In this document: positions 23,801 to 33,599 of the stretch, one piece after another | Numbering within the stretch: position 1 is the first letter of the stretch | Layout: each line of letters starts with the position of its first letter | Assembly: GCF_001194135.2 (NCBI RefSeq) | Contig: NC_069005.1 | Location: 33,358,201 to 33,394,318, forward strand | Direction of reading: 5' to 3' | Length of the DNA stretch: 36,118 nt | From: Octopus bimaculoides | Lineage: Eukaryota | Made by a program: the position numbers and the translations under genes | The notes under the pieces: generated by a model | The model's input: only the letters and a program-made list of their open reading frames with translations | Told to the model about the DNA's origin: nothing | Database searches by the model: none

Positions 23801-26800
23801 TGGAGGTTGTTTAATTTGAAACCAAGATGGTTCTAAACTTTATTTCTGGATTGTACTTTCCCGTGTCACATCTCCCCCCCCCCATTCGCCCCTCTATGTT
23901 CCTCCCCTTCTCAGGCACTTACACCTCTCCCTCTCTCCCCCCCCCTGCCACAGCTCAAAAACCGGATGATGGTACTTGGAGATATAGCTTCGACAGGCAG
24001 GAGTGAGACATTGATGATGATGATGGTGGTGGTGGTGGTAGGAGTTGGAGAGTCGGAGAGAGAAAGGGGGAGGGAGAAGCAAGCGAAGAGAAAGGAGGGG
24101 AAAGACAGAAACACTTGACTGCTGGCCCTTATTAACCCATCCCAAAGAGAGATGGCGAGTCAAGACTCTTTGCAGGCCCTTATCAAGCCATTGCAGAGAA
24201 GAGAGAGAGAGAGATGGAATCTGCAATCTGTTATCAGATCAATCCATCCAACAGGCAGTAATGCACACACACACACACACACACACACAGTCCGGTAGAT
24301 TCCATTTGCTAAGAATGTGAGGAAAATAACAAAGTTTTGCATTGTCAGCCAAAAGTAATAGAAATACTCCAAAAACGATGGTGGAAGGAAGAGGAAGAAG
24401 TTGAACAGTGTGAAGAGATACCCTTTCTTGGGGGGGGAAAGGAGAGAGAGAGAGAGAGAGAGAGAGTGTGTGTGAGAGAGAGAATGTGAATGTGAGGAAG
24501 AGTGTGTGTGTGTGTGAGATAGAGAGAGAAAGAGTAAAAGAGAGTGTGAGAGAGAAACAATCAAGATTTTATCACAAGATTTCCAAACTGGTAAAAGCAA
24601 ATGAAGGCTTAGTCAAGTATTTCTTTTCACTCTCTGTTCCAAGTGAAGAACAGTCATTTATTATACGCAAGTATGACCACAATGGGGTTTATTTCAAATA
24701 ACATTAGTCTATAGTAGTTGTTGTTTAACACCAGGCCAGTCATGATACAAAAGACCCATGGATCAAACATGTGGCAGCTGCGACCATCAGAGTCCAATGT
24801 GTCCTTCCCTTTTTTCGGATAATAGAATGGGCCATGAGAAAGATTTGGTTGTTATTTACCTGGTGACCTCACTCACTGGTGATGGTGCCATATGAAAAGC
24901 ACCTGGTACACTTCGTAAAGTGGTTGGCATTCGGAAAGGCATGAAGCTGTAGAAACCATGCCAGAGATGACATTGGGATTCAGTGCCGACTATCAAACCA
25001 TCCAAATGATGCCAGTATGGAAAACGGACATATGATGATGTTCCATCTTCCCCCTTGTACACAACACATACATCTACTCATCCCTACACCAACACCTCTA
25101 CAATCTCCAGCATGGCCATAATCCAATGACTGAAGCAAGTAAAGGATGAAGGATAAGCAGGCGTACTATATAAGGGGTTTAGTAACATCCCCAAGAAAAA
25201 TTGCCCCTCCTGTATCCCTTGAGTGATGACCCCCCCCCCCCTATTAAAGCCACACCATTTGGAACACTAAAAAACAAAAAAACAGTCGACACTTCATAGC
25301 TGGATATTTCATTTATCATTGATTGGAAATATTTAAATAGCTTTAGAGGCTAATTAATTTTCTTTGTTATTTAATAAAGAAAGGAAGGAAAAAAATTTAG
25401 AAAGACTAATTAAAACAGAAAGGAAAATACAAAGGCAGAAAACCAATAATGTTACATCCAGCATATGTAGAGTGGAGTGTTTCGCCCAACGTTTAACTCT
25501 TTAGCTTCCATAACATTAATACATGTATTATGGCTGTGGGGGTTTGGGTGCTGGACAGCCGATCTAATGACCCTTTACCGTTCAAACTACATTCTCTGTG
25601 AGGTACTTCAGCCCTGTAGCATTCAAACTGACCATTTCTGGCCAAAATATTCTGCTCAAACCCATGCTTCTGCTTTAACTTAGTTCTGACAGTAATACTT
25701 AGGTATTAGCCCCTTTGTATTGCTGAAGACTGGGTGTTTGGCTTTCAAAGGTTATTGGTACTTCTCCAATACTTGATTAACTCAGAGGGGGGGGGGAACA
25801 CTGTCCCTGTCATTCTGTGACAAATGGTTTCATCTAAAACATTAAACTACCAAATATAAGGATGGTTGTGTGATTAACCTTTTAGCATTCAGATTATCCA
25901 ATCAAATGCAATGCTTCTTTATTCATATCGTCTTCAATCAACCGTACATTATCTCGTAATTTCAAGATTTCAATGATGTGATTGTATAGTTTTTGAATGA
26001 CATTGTAAGGGAGGTGTGAGAGGTCAGATCTGGCTAGTTTAAATGCTAAAGGGTTAAGAAGATTGCTTTGCAGCCATGTGCTTTTGGGAAATGTGCATAT
26101 GTATCTATATTATTTTTATCAACTCCAACTCAGATAGTCTACTTGTTTTTATGTTTATGCTTGCCAGATCCAGCCTCTCACACCTATCCTACAATGTTGT
26201 CACCAAAATAAATAATCACATCATTGGAATCTTGAAGCTGTAAAATAATGTATGATTAAGTCAAAACAACGTGAATAAATAAACATCAAAATCAGCATGG
26301 TAATCTGAATGCTAAAAGAATTAGTCTGGGATACAAACAAACAAACACCTGGATGCAACAACAGCACACCTTATTAAATGTCACTTATTTGTGACACTGA
26401 CAAACAGACTCTCAGCTACCCTTGTCTCAATATTTAGCCCCTGCAGCCTTTCATTTTTAGTGTCCCTGAAAGGTCACCAATTTCAGATGGTGGAAGACAA
26501 GAAAATTCGCAACTAGAAGTATGAACCACTCTTGAAAATGTGTTCTGGAAACCAGAATAAAAATGTTGGTAGAGACGTATCAACAGTGGCAGGAACTATT
26601 TTGAAAGGAAATAATAAAAGTCTGATTGATTTGTAAGTAATAAGTTTGTTCTTTAAAAAGTTTTAGACAGACAACATACATGCACGTTTCATACACATAC
26701 ACAACCAACCTCACACACACACACACACAGAGCTGGTTAAACTTCTGTACTAAACAGGGATCTCAAGCTGCTGCTAAATGTGACAACCTAAATCTACTTT

Positions 26801-27139
26801 CAGTAGAATGATTAATCGATGAGACACAGCAAAACTGACATTGTTGTTATTATTATTATTATTATTATATGACATCATCATATGATATACTATTATATTT
26901 TACATGTTTATGCTATGACAAACAACATTACTATAGAACAATGGTTCTCAACCAGGGTCCATATAAGATTTTGTTAAAGTTATGCGCAGGAGTGACTGTG
27001 TGGTAAGAAACTTGCTTCCCAACCATATGGTTCTGGGTTCAGTCCCACTGCGTGGCACTTTGGGCAAGTGTCTTCTACTATAGCCTTGGGCCGACCAAAG
27101 CCTTGTGAGTGGATTTGGTAGACAGAAACTGAAAGAAGT

Positions 27140-27186
<47 letters not shown>

Positions 27187-30100
27187 NNNNNNNNNNNNNN
27201 NNNNNNNNNNNNNNNNNNNNNNNNNNNNNNNNNNNNNNNNNNNNNNNNNNNNNNNNNNNNNNNNNNNNNNNNNNNNNNNNNNNNNNNNNNNNNNNNNNAT
27301 GTATTTGTGTGTCTGTATTTGTCCCCCCCACCATCACTTGACAACTGATGTTGATGTGTTTACGTCCCCGTAACTTAGCAGTTTAGCAAAAGAGACCGAT
27401 AGAATAAATCCTGGGGTTGAATTGTTCAACTAAAGGCGGTGCTCCAGCATGCCCCCAGTCAAATGACTGACAGCAAGACTACAGAGATGATGAGCAATGG
27501 CTGGAAGAAAACTGAGTGAAACCTAATAACTAGTTGATCTAGCAAGTGCAGCCTTATTTCGGTGTACAATGATGCCACTGAGAGGAAGGCCCTGAAATGG
27601 AGCGCATTCTCTCCTGATAACTCCATAAACTTGTTGGCATTCAGTATGCGGAGCTTTCGACTGGTAGCACTTACATCTGCAAGTTGTTGGCAAAAAGTCT
27701 TATACTTGTACCATACAGAAAACGTTTTAATTATTTTTAAATACAATTGAAACAAATAAAAGAATAAAGACGACAGTTTGAGTGCTATGCGCCAATCTTG
27801 GAGTCTCTTGTTCCTACCACATTCTTCAAATTGTTCACCCCCTCCCCACCACTTAAATAGTTTCATTGTTTTGTTTTTAGAAAAACAGTTGTTCTCTCTG
27901 TCTTGACATTGGGTGTCAGGCACAAGGCACTGATGACTAATGTTTAGCCCCAGGTCAACTCAGATCCACAAGACCAAACATCAAAGACATGTCCAGCTGT
28001 GACCATCTAGAGTGACTTGTTGTTGTTGTTGTTAGTCCCAGGCTGGTCCTACAATCCCCACCACCACCTCTATGCCAGTAGTTCTTAACCACAGCTCTCA
28101 GGGCAGCATGCAGCCCTCAGGTACCCCAACCATCTTCCTTCTACAAATGAAATAAATTTTTATTTAATCCCTCAGCATTTAATCCAGACAAATCCAGCCC
28201 ACATATTCTACCTCTTTAATGTTAAAACTGTAAAACTGACCAGATCCAGCCTCTCACCTACCTTACAATGCCATTCTAAAAATATACAAACACCATTGAA
28301 ATCTTAAAGCTACAAAATAATGCCCAATTAATTCAAGGTCAACTTTATCTTCCCACGGGGGTGGGGGCAAGTCAAATTAAGTACCAGTCATATACTGATG
28401 GTCATTTTAAATGAATGCCCCTCCTCCTCTTCTCTTGCTACAAAGAAATCTGAATGCTAAAGGGTTAGCTTGTTTTTTTTTTTTTACTTGTTTGGTGTGG
28501 GCCTCTTAAAAAAAATCCAGGTTTTGGATCTGGATATTGAAATGGTTGAGACCCACAGCAATATGCAGTTGAATGAATTGCTAGAAACAGCAGTCAAATC
28601 TCCTTCAAAGCATACAATCACCTTAACAACGGAAGGAAACACGTCCAAAATAATATATTACTGCTTGAAAACGACTGGATGGCCAAGGCTGGAATGGGTT
28701 TGAACAAAGGACAACTCAGTCATGACAGACCCAAGACTATACAGGAGCACAAGGGGCAGGGACATGGACCGAAATTTATAAGGAAAAGGGGTGGAAGGTT
28801 TTATACAGTTTACTGTCTTTATGTAGATCCCATAAAACAACTATACCCCTCCCCCACCCAGCCTTTTCCTTCACTCCAGCAGGAGCCATATTCGTTTTAC
28901 ATCAGTCATTGCATCACTTGGTAGTGACATGGATACATGTTAGTGTCTCTGTGTAGTGGAACAAAAACTTGCATCCACAAACAAAGGATGCCTCTACGTG
29001 GTCGCTCTCCGCTAGAAATAGCAGTTAAACCTACCTCGAATTACGTCGTACCATCTTTAAAAGAAAAAAGCAAGGAACCACTGGTATAATGTAGTCCTAT
29101 GTACACTATGACTGAGACAAAGACGGGATGATCATGGCCAAATCGTCTTTGATCATGTCTGTCTGCTCAGTCACGGTCGACCTGGGGTTAAACAGCAACA
29201 CGAAGGAACGGTAGCGAAGAGAAATAACTCCTGATGGATATGCCACGGGGCAGCTAAAAGTAACAAGTGCTGCTGCTGGGGGAATCTGTGATGTGCTCAA
29301 GCATTTCCTCCTCAGAACTTCTATTGACATAAAGAATTGCTGTTTTATTCAAGACGAGAAGACTTCTTCTTCTGAGAGAGCGGACGAGTGGGTGGGGTGG
29401 GGGGAGGAGGAATGAGAGAGAGGAGGGGGGCAGTGAAAGCGTGACAAAGAATGAAGTTGTGTAAGAGGGGTGTGTGTGTAAAGAAATGGATCTAAATATA
29501 GACAGGAAGGCTTAGTAAACCAACATTATGTCGAGGGAAGAGAAGAGAGAAACGTGCTGTTGATGTTTTCTTTCTTTCTTTCTTTTTCAAATCATCTCTT
29601 GTCTCCTCCCCCTTCGCTATTAAAGGATATATATGTATATAGATATATAGAGAGAAGCGAGGTGGAGTGGATGAGATGCTTTTAAAAAGAGAGAAATAAG
29701 GAGATCAAGAACACCTCCCCCTCTCTCTCTCTTGCCGAACGAAACACTTAACTGCGTGTGTTCCGTAATAATCATCACAGTACAGGCCATGCTGGGACAA
29801 CGGCTGTCTGTTTACACCCCCCCCCCATTAAATTATTCTTCTGTAGACGTACACGACAACCATGCTAACTTTAAAATATCCTCAAACAATGAGGACCTAA
29901 CAAAGACTCGAACCCACGTCGTCTATGTTGTCCTCTCCTAACAAAAAACTATTAACCATATTTGACTCTGGTCGTATCTTTGTATATTTCTGTAGGGATC
30001 GAATACCATTTTCAATATCAATACGTCTACTGATCGAACCCCAGCGTAAACACCATCGATAATAAACAAACGAGTCGACTCGTCTCATCTCACATCACAC

Positions 30101-30524
30101 TTTACTGCAATATGTTCTCGTTAAGACAAGGAAAAACACACTGCATAATGTAGTCCCAGATACAGTGTGCCGTTGAAAAAAAAAGAACAGTCATTTGCTG
30201 GCTCATCTTTGACTATTACAGGTTTGTTTGTCCAAGGATGATATAAGAGTTAAGCAACATCTTTAACATCATCATCACAACCATCATATTCATCACTAAA
30301 GTTAGCAGAAGAGCCGCTAAGTGCTGCTATCTCGACCAGCGAGCAATAGCAGTTAAATCTCCCTCAAAACATACACCTTATAGTCTTTAAAACAAAAATA
30401 ATAAATAAACCGGCACCGTTGTCATAGATTAACGGATGACATGGGTCAGGTGTGGAAATGTATTCGTTCACAAATCGGAGCTTAACCAGGTGCTAAAAAA
30501 AGGCATATAACCCAACCGTGTGTG

Positions 30525-30567
<43 letters not shown>

Positions 30568-30577
30568 NNNNNNNNNN

Positions 30578-30611
<34 letters not shown>

Positions 30612-32067
30612 CCACACACGTTGTGGTGTTCAAGCATCGGTGAACAACACACGTGACTTGACGAAAACGGATGTGCATCACGAATGGAAGATGGAAAAGT
30701 CGCACCACTAATACTATATATAAACACACATGCACACACACGTAAATGGTGTCTTCGACAAGCACAAAGCCCAAATTTTGGAACCAATATAGACATATAT
30801 TCTTTTGCTGGTTTCGGTCATTTGACTGCGGCCATGCTGGAGCACCGCCTTAAAGCGTTTTAGTCAAGAAATCAACCCCAGGACTTATTCTTTGTAAGCC
30901 TACTTATTCTATCGGTTTCGTTTGCCGATTACGAGGACATAAGCACACCAACATCGGTTGTCAAGCGATGGCGGGGAGGCAAACACAGACACAATACATT
31001 AGCGGCTATAGAAGACACTTGCCCAAGGTGCCACTCTAGTTTTTGGCTGGGACTTTATTTTATCGACCCTGGAAGAATGAATGGTAAAAGTGGAATACGA
31101 AAAGCAGACATATAAGGATTTCTAAAGTTTGGCACGATTTCGGGTGGTGGGTCATGTTGAATGTAGTCGATAATGTCATACCTTCGTAGTTAACTGGTAT
31201 TTTGCTTTACCGACACCAGTACTTTACTGGTACTTTATCGAGCCCGGAAAGCTCAAAAACAGACCTCGGCGGGATCTGCCCTCAAAACGTAAATGCCTCT
31301 ATCACTGCAAGGTATCTTATCCGACTCTCTAACACTTTAATCATCCTAAATAATGTTTCTAACTCAAGCACAAGGCCACAAATCGATTTCAGTACTTGAT
31401 TGGTTAGGGTTTAACTGATTGGTTCTTCACTTTATTGATTCCGGAAGAATAGATGAAATGTAAAGTTGATCTCAAACGGATTTGAACTGAGAACATAAAA
31501 CGTTGTAATTTAATACCGACCCTCTAACGATTACTGCCCTCCATTACTTGCACAGAAGAATAAAACTGAAATTATGAAAGCTTTATGCCTTTCTGGTTGA
31601 GCACCGAGTATGGGATGTGAAGTGAAATAGCTACAACTGACCAGAGAAAACCCGGGTGGGAGACCTCGCTAGAAAAACTCAGTCGTACCCTATAAGCTCC
31701 TGCAGTAGTTATTTTGTTCTTACCAAGTATGAAGTTAATATTCGGTGTGGACACATAAATAATTGAATGTGAATGGAGTGTTTCGTGAAATAGTCGATCA
31801 GAGAAACATAAATATAAAATTCTTTTACTCATCAACCCTCTCACCTCCAACGCGAAATCTGAACTTAGAAACGTGAAAAATAAATCCAACCAAATTACTG
31901 CAACATAAATTTAGTTGGGCGCCTCTTCTGTTTTGGCGAACTCACTCGCCTGCTTACCACCTCCCCCCACTCTCTCTTTTTAAATTATATATCAACACAA
32001 TAATTATTGGCATTCCATTAAATGTAATGTGTAAGGTAAAAAAAAAAGTACAGATTTTCAGACTGAG

Positions 32068-32108
<41 letters not shown>

Positions 32109-32229
32109 CCCCTACACAAGCAAATATTACATATATAGACAACATGCATTTTGCTTGTCATATATAGTCTTTCTCGATCTGCACACACACATGTAGGAAT
32201 ATGTGAGTATATTATATATATATATACAT

Positions 32230-32263
<34 letters not shown>

Positions 32264-32883
32264 TCGAATATGCCTGAAAAGATGAAATTTGAAGTTCAAG
32301 TCAATCCGTACAAACAATAAATTTAACATTTAACTAATACTAACACCCGTATTGAATCCTTCCATTAGTAAATGTGATATTTTAAACTTAACAACACTAA
32401 TACACACGTTATATATATAACATAGAAATTATACAGACAGAATACACGTTTTTTTTACCAGGTGTTAAATAACCATTGATATACATGCATTTTTATCCTA
32501 TATATACATATATATACACACACACATATTGGTTACATGGATATATATATATCGTAAACACATTAATTTCTAAAATACTCAGCATATATAATATACTACA
32601 AATACATTATATATTAAAATATAGCTAATACAGACATAAATACATGTATATATATATAGAGAGCTGTTCGTCAGGTGTATATATATTATTACTACACGCC
32701 TGCCTATTTACGCAAACAGTGTGTATAAAACGAAAGCTGAAAAGAGAAAAAGCGATATGAATTCAAAGTAGAAACCCTGTTGAATAATAAGCGTCCATAG
32801 AAGCTGTGTAAATGGAGGTTTCACTGACCGTAAATGGTTCGCAAACGTCTTTCGTTTACATCCACATTGCCACGGCTCGCCAT
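3218..32883 (-). CDS. NAA25: N-alpha-acetyltransferase 25, NatB auxiliary subunit (whole gene span, 28 coding exons, 971 aa)
   Basis: The spliced product starts [39 protein letters not shown], matching recalled human NAA25 MATRGHVQDPNDRRLRPIYDYLDNGNNKMAIQQADKLLKK. Later motifs also match: [80 protein letters not shown], poly-Lys. Exon lengths sum to 2916 nt; all 27 introns are GT-AG with compatible phases. Confidence 0.97.
3806..4026. mobile_element. Copy of the same MITE family, opposite orientation (intron 27)
   Basis: taaccctttagcatt ... aatgctaaagag; internal cctctcacacctac. Confidence 0.7.
4275..4424 (-). CDS. NAA25: NAA25 exon 27 ([10 protein letters not shown]...LTESISSEE, 150 nt)
   Basis: ttttgcag| and |gtgagt. 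Confidence 0.93.
5044..5154 (-). CDS. NAA25: NAA25 exon 26 (TISHITIL...[22 protein letters not shown], 111 nt)
   Basis: ttccaag| (AAG acceptor) and |gtcagt; conserved poly-Lys patch. Confidence 0.93.
5306..5422. repeat. 39-bp minisatellite, 3 copies
   Basis: Unit cccaggtccctggcccaagcctttggctcacctataatg at 5306, 5345 and 5384. Confidence 0.95.
6004..6101 (-). CDS. NAA25: NAA25 exon 25 ([10 protein letters not shown]...[11 protein letters not shown], 98 nt)
   Basis: tccacag| and |gtgagt; TLLENLV motif. Confidence 0.95.
6235..6294 (-). CDS. NAA25: NAA25 exon 24 ([20 protein letters not shown], 60 nt)
   Basis: T-rich acceptor ttttacag| and |gtaaac; phase 1-1; fills the alignment gap. Confidence 0.85.
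6623..6858 (+). mobile_element. SINE family B, 3'-truncated
   Basis: Same head and body as the 8908 copy. Confidence 0.75.
6960..7083 (-). CDS. NAA25: NAA25 exon 23 ([14 protein letters not shown]...LYENGF, 124 nt)
   Basis: tttccag| and |gtaagt; GP.PTR motif. Confidence 0.95.
7329..7535 (-). CDS. NAA25: NAA25 exon 22 ([15 protein letters not shown]...CKHYKLPIK, 207 nt)
   Basis: gttacag| and |gtaagc. Confidence 0.94.
7639..7803. other. Assembly gap (others: 15413-15527, 19430-19470, 27187-27298, 30568-30577, 34512-34707)
   Basis: N runs, all intronic or intergenic, mostly next to microsatellites or homopolymers. Confidence 0.99.
7804..7950 (-). mobile_element. tRNA-headed SINE, family A
   Basis: Minus strand: ggcaagctggaggaattggtagc...gagttcaaattccaccaaggtcgaccttgcctttcatcctttcgggg; related copies at about 4868-4990, 11195-11345 and 31040-31520. 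Confidence 0.7.
8013..8055 (-). CDS. NAA25: NAA25 exon 21 ([14 protein letters not shown], 43 nt)
   Basis: ccttcag| and |gtaagg; phase 2-0. Confidence 0.9.
8608..8683 (-). CDS. NAA25: NAA25 exon 20 ([26 protein letters not shown], 76 nt)
   Basis: tttccag| and |gtgagt; DNRD..WDP motif. Confidence 0.95.
8908..9249 (+). mobile_element. tRNA-headed SINE, family B, near full length
   Basis: B-box-like GGGTTCAGTCCC head; body gagtggatttggtagacggaaactgaaagaagcc and tail ctccagcatggccgcagtcaaatgactgaaacaagtaaaag recur elsewhere in the window. Confidence 0.8.
9250..9665 (+). mobile_element. Non-autonomous element with an RTE-like (GAT)n tail, family C, with an internal 115-bp tandem duplication (9276 and 9391)
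   Basis: Ends gcatggaaagcggacgttaaac(gat)n; fragments recur at about 3571-3730, 8785-8841, 14158-14507, 17762-17830, 20665-20718, 21905-22060 and 24870-25040. Confidence 0.7.
10046..10098 (-). CDS. NAA25: NAA25 exon 19 ([18 protein letters not shown], 53 nt)
   Basis: gttccag| and |gtgagt; phase 2-1 fits its neighbours. Confidence 0.88.
10450..10640. repeat. Degenerate ~40-45-bp tandem repeat
   Basis: Recurring ctctcctgtatacatcaattgacatatacac-like unit. Confidence 0.55.
10830..10933 (-). CDS. NAA25: NAA25 exon 18 ([18 protein letters not shown]...[10 protein letters not shown], 104 nt)
   Basis: tccttag| and |gtcagt. Confidence 0.96.
11195..11345 (-). mobile_element. SINE family A copy
   Basis: gaaaggatgaaaggtaaagttaaccttggcagaatttgaactcag shared with the 7804 copy. 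Confidence 0.65.
11687..11734 (-). CDS. NAA25: NAA25 exon 17 ([16 protein letters not shown], 48 nt)
   Basis: ccttcag| and |gtaggt; YKYG motif. Confidence 0.95.
12412..12511 (-). CDS. NAA25: NAA25 exon 16 ([13 protein letters not shown]...[10 protein letters not shown], 100 nt)
   Basis: cttccag| and |gtaaga. Confidence 0.95.
13332..13401 (-). CDS. NAA25: NAA25 exon 15 ([24 protein letters not shown], 70 nt)
   Basis: attatag| and |gtgagt. Confidence 0.96.
13965..14075 (-). CDS. NAA25: NAA25 exon 14 (GDTGVLWQ...[18 protein letters not shown], 111 nt)
   Basis: gtccag| and |gtaagt. Confidence 0.96.
14588..14677 (-). CDS. NAA25: NAA25 exon 13 ([30 protein letters not shown], 90 nt)
   Basis: cgacag| and |gtaagc. 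Confidence 0.95.
15144..15305. mobile_element. Possible mariner-like terminal fragment
   Basis: Begins ACAGGGTGTGG after (TA)n; only one end visible. Confidence 0.35.
15316..15412 (-). mobile_element. SINE family B fragment running into an N-gap
   Basis: ctaccaaatccactca ... gtgggactgaacccggaaccat is the reverse complement of the family head and body. Confidence 0.7.
15920..16055 (-). CDS. NAA25: NAA25 exon 12 ([18 protein letters not shown]...YKHGLTL, 136 nt)
   Basis: tcttcag| and |gtgagt. Confidence 0.95.
16852..16920 (-). CDS. NAA25: NAA25 exon 11 ([23 protein letters not shown], 69 nt)
   Basis: ctttcag| and |gtaagt; phase 0-0; fits the gap in the alignment. Confidence 0.88.
17192..17304 (-). 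CDS. NAA25: NAA25 exon 10 ([24 protein letters not shown]...DKSQ, 113 nt)
   Basis: ctctccag| and |gtaagt; FGDK motif. Confidence 0.96.
17424..17587 (-). CDS. NAA25: NAA25 exon 9 ([17 protein letters not shown]...[11 protein letters not shown]...SDII, 164 nt)
   Basis: ctttcag| and |gtaaat; RGP motif. Confidence 0.95.
17835..18175 (+). mobile_element. SINE family B, degenerate
   Basis: ttgtgagtggatttggcagacagaaactgaaagaagcc ... cagcatggccgcagtccaaatgactgaaacaagtaaaag. Confidence 0.7.
18358..18447 (-). CDS. NAA25: NAA25 exon 8 ([15 protein letters not shown]...NEEDH, 90 nt)
   Basis: ttttcag| and |gttagt; PDDW motif. Confidence 0.94.
18531..18746. mobile_element. Copy of the same piggyBac-like MITE family (intron 7)
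   Basis: ttaactctttagcattcagatt ... aaatggtaaagggtgaa; internal gtgtgcgagaggccggatctggcc shared with the 25.9 kb copy. Confidence 0.7.
18898..19009 (-). CDS. NAA25: NAA25 exon 7 ([37 protein letters not shown], 112 nt)
   Basis: ctcccag| and |gtaagt. Confidence 0.94.
19240..19320 (-). CDS. NAA25: NAA25 exon 6 ([27 protein letters not shown], 81 nt)
   Basis: ccctcag| and |gtgaga; not in ORF track, translated by hand. Confidence 0.95.
20028..20133 (-). CDS. NAA25: NAA25 exon 5 ([35 protein letters not shown], 106 nt)
   Basis: gtccag| and |gtactg; homology. Confidence 0.96.
20237..20610 (+). mobile_element. SINE family B, full length
   Basis: Head ggcatggctgtgtggtaagaag...ggttcagtccc through tail caagtaaaagataaaaga. 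Confidence 0.8.
20895..21091 (-). CDS. NAA25: NAA25 exon 4 (DLIANMYE...[15 protein letters not shown], 197 nt)
   Basis: ccacag| and |gttagt; strong homology. Confidence 0.97.
21212..21375 (-). mobile_element. Penelope-like retroelement terminal fragment (carries the hammerhead), adjacent to (ATT)n
   Basis: Minimal hammerheads with a palindromic stem III are typical of PLE terminal repeats (established); boundaries approximate. Confidence 0.6.
21241..21286 (-). ncRNA. Minimal type I hammerhead ribozyme motif (Penelope-like-element type)
   Basis: Minus strand reads gacac-CTGATGA-A-GGCTG-tagggtatat-CAGCC-GAAA-CG-TT-gtgtt: full core, 5-bp stem II, palindromic AACGTT stem III, 5-bp stem I. Confidence 0.8.
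21557..21695 (-). CDS. NAA25: NAA25 exon 3 ([12 protein letters not shown]...YRETHQ, 139 nt)
   Basis: ggcag| and |gtaagt; TPR-like region. Confidence 0.96.
22216..22301 (-). CDS. NAA25: NAA25 exon 2 ([29 protein letters not shown], 86 nt)
   Basis: Acceptor tttccag|, donor |gtaaga; homology. Confidence 0.96.
22382..22535. repeat. Degenerate ~39-bp tandem repeat, 4 units
   Basis: Units of the type ctagcagg..tggacagaggagaaagtccc. Confidence 0.65.
22645..22830 (+). mobile_element. Decayed 3' end of an RTE-like LINE ORF
   Basis: Translates [10 protein letters not shown] / (frameshift) [17 protein letters not shown], resembling the RTE C-terminal motif LEVEG...RGRP.KTW...V..DL. Confidence 0.55.
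25874..26057. mobile_element. piggyBac-like MITE with TTAA flanks
   Basis: TTAA-CCTTTTAGCATT ... AATGCTAAAGGG-TTAA; TIRs match 11/12; TTAA target and CC(C) ends are piggyBac hallmarks. Confidence 0.75.
26163..26318. mobile_element. Partial copy of the same MITE family, inverted relative to 25874-26057
   Basis: gccagatccagcctctcacacc ... atctgaatgctaaaag. Confidence 0.65.
26984..27470 (+). mobile_element. SINE family B with an internal (TA)n and N-gap
   Basis: gcgcaggagtgactgtgtggtaag ... gctccagcatgcccccagtcaaatgactga. Confidence 0.8.
28168..28468. mobile_element. Interrupted copy of the same MITE family
   Basis: ccctcagcattt ... ctgaatgctaaagggtta, with a foreign insert at about 28340-28440. 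Confidence 0.55.
30800..31035 (-). mobile_element. SINE family B, internally deleted, reverse orientation
   Basis: catttgactgcggccatgctggagcaccgcc ... gaagacacttgcccaaggtgccac. Confidence 0.7.
32829..32883 (-). CDS. NAA25: NAA25 coding exon 1 ([18 protein letters not shown], 55 nt)
   Basis: ATG in context gaagATGG; donor G|gtcagt. Confidence 0.93.
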
Positions 32884-32945
32884 CTTCACTGTGGAACTCT
32901 CACCACAAAAAAGGTAGACAACACTATGGCGAACCACGTGACCGA
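32829..32945 (-). promoter_or_regulatory. Proximal promoter-like motifs at the NAA25 start: YY1-type AAGATGGCG over the ATG and E-box GTCACGTGG (CACGTG 32935-32940)
   Basis: Motifs read directly from sequence; CpG locally frequent; function inferred. Confidence 0.5.
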
Positions 32946-33599
32946 GAGTCCGTTGTTGTTGTTGTTTAGCCCCAGGCTAACCATGACTGAGTAAACTCGG
33001 AATCGAAAGCATTCCGCCCCGTCTGTTTTTTAATTTTTTGGGGGTTATCTACGTCTACACTGTTTAATGTGTCCTTCGCATTTTAAAGAGTTGAGAGAGG
33101 TTTTGACTGCTGTTTCTACCAGAACGAGCCACTACGTACAAATTCTATGCCTGTTGTCAGTCCCTCACCATTTCAGTTGTTGTTTTGTGATTGTGGTGGT
33201 CGAATGGTATGGTGGTGGTGGTGGAGATGGTGGAATGGTAATAGCGGTGGTGGTGGTATCTTCACCGATGTAGTTGTTCTCGTTGCTTTTTTACGTCGTC
33301 GTCGGCGCTGGCGATTTAGTTTAGTGATGCAGTTGTTGCTTTTGTGGCAATTTCTTTATTGTTATAATCATTCCTTTTGTTTGTCTCTCTTTTTAAATGA
33401 AATTGTTATTTTGGCTGCCAAGAAATAGTTTATTTGCAAATTTGAGTCGTACTAATCTTCATATCATGCAGTTTGAATTTAATTTTAGCTTAGAAGCGTC
33501 TGCTTATTATTATTGGCGTAATTTACTCTCTCAACACACAACGAAATAATAAAACAGCAAATCGTGATTCTACGTTTTTTTTTTTTAATAATTTATGTA

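Noticed and set aside
29386-29410. G-rich tract as a possible G-quadruplex
   Set aside because: Only three clear tracts of three or more G; such tracts are common here
30070-30083. Perfect 14-bp palindrome ACGAGTCGACTCGT
   Set aside because: Isolated, with no supporting context or second copy; could be chance
31572-31889. 105-aa minus ORF in intron 1
   Set aside because: Non-ATG start, no recognisable motif and no clear splice-site pair
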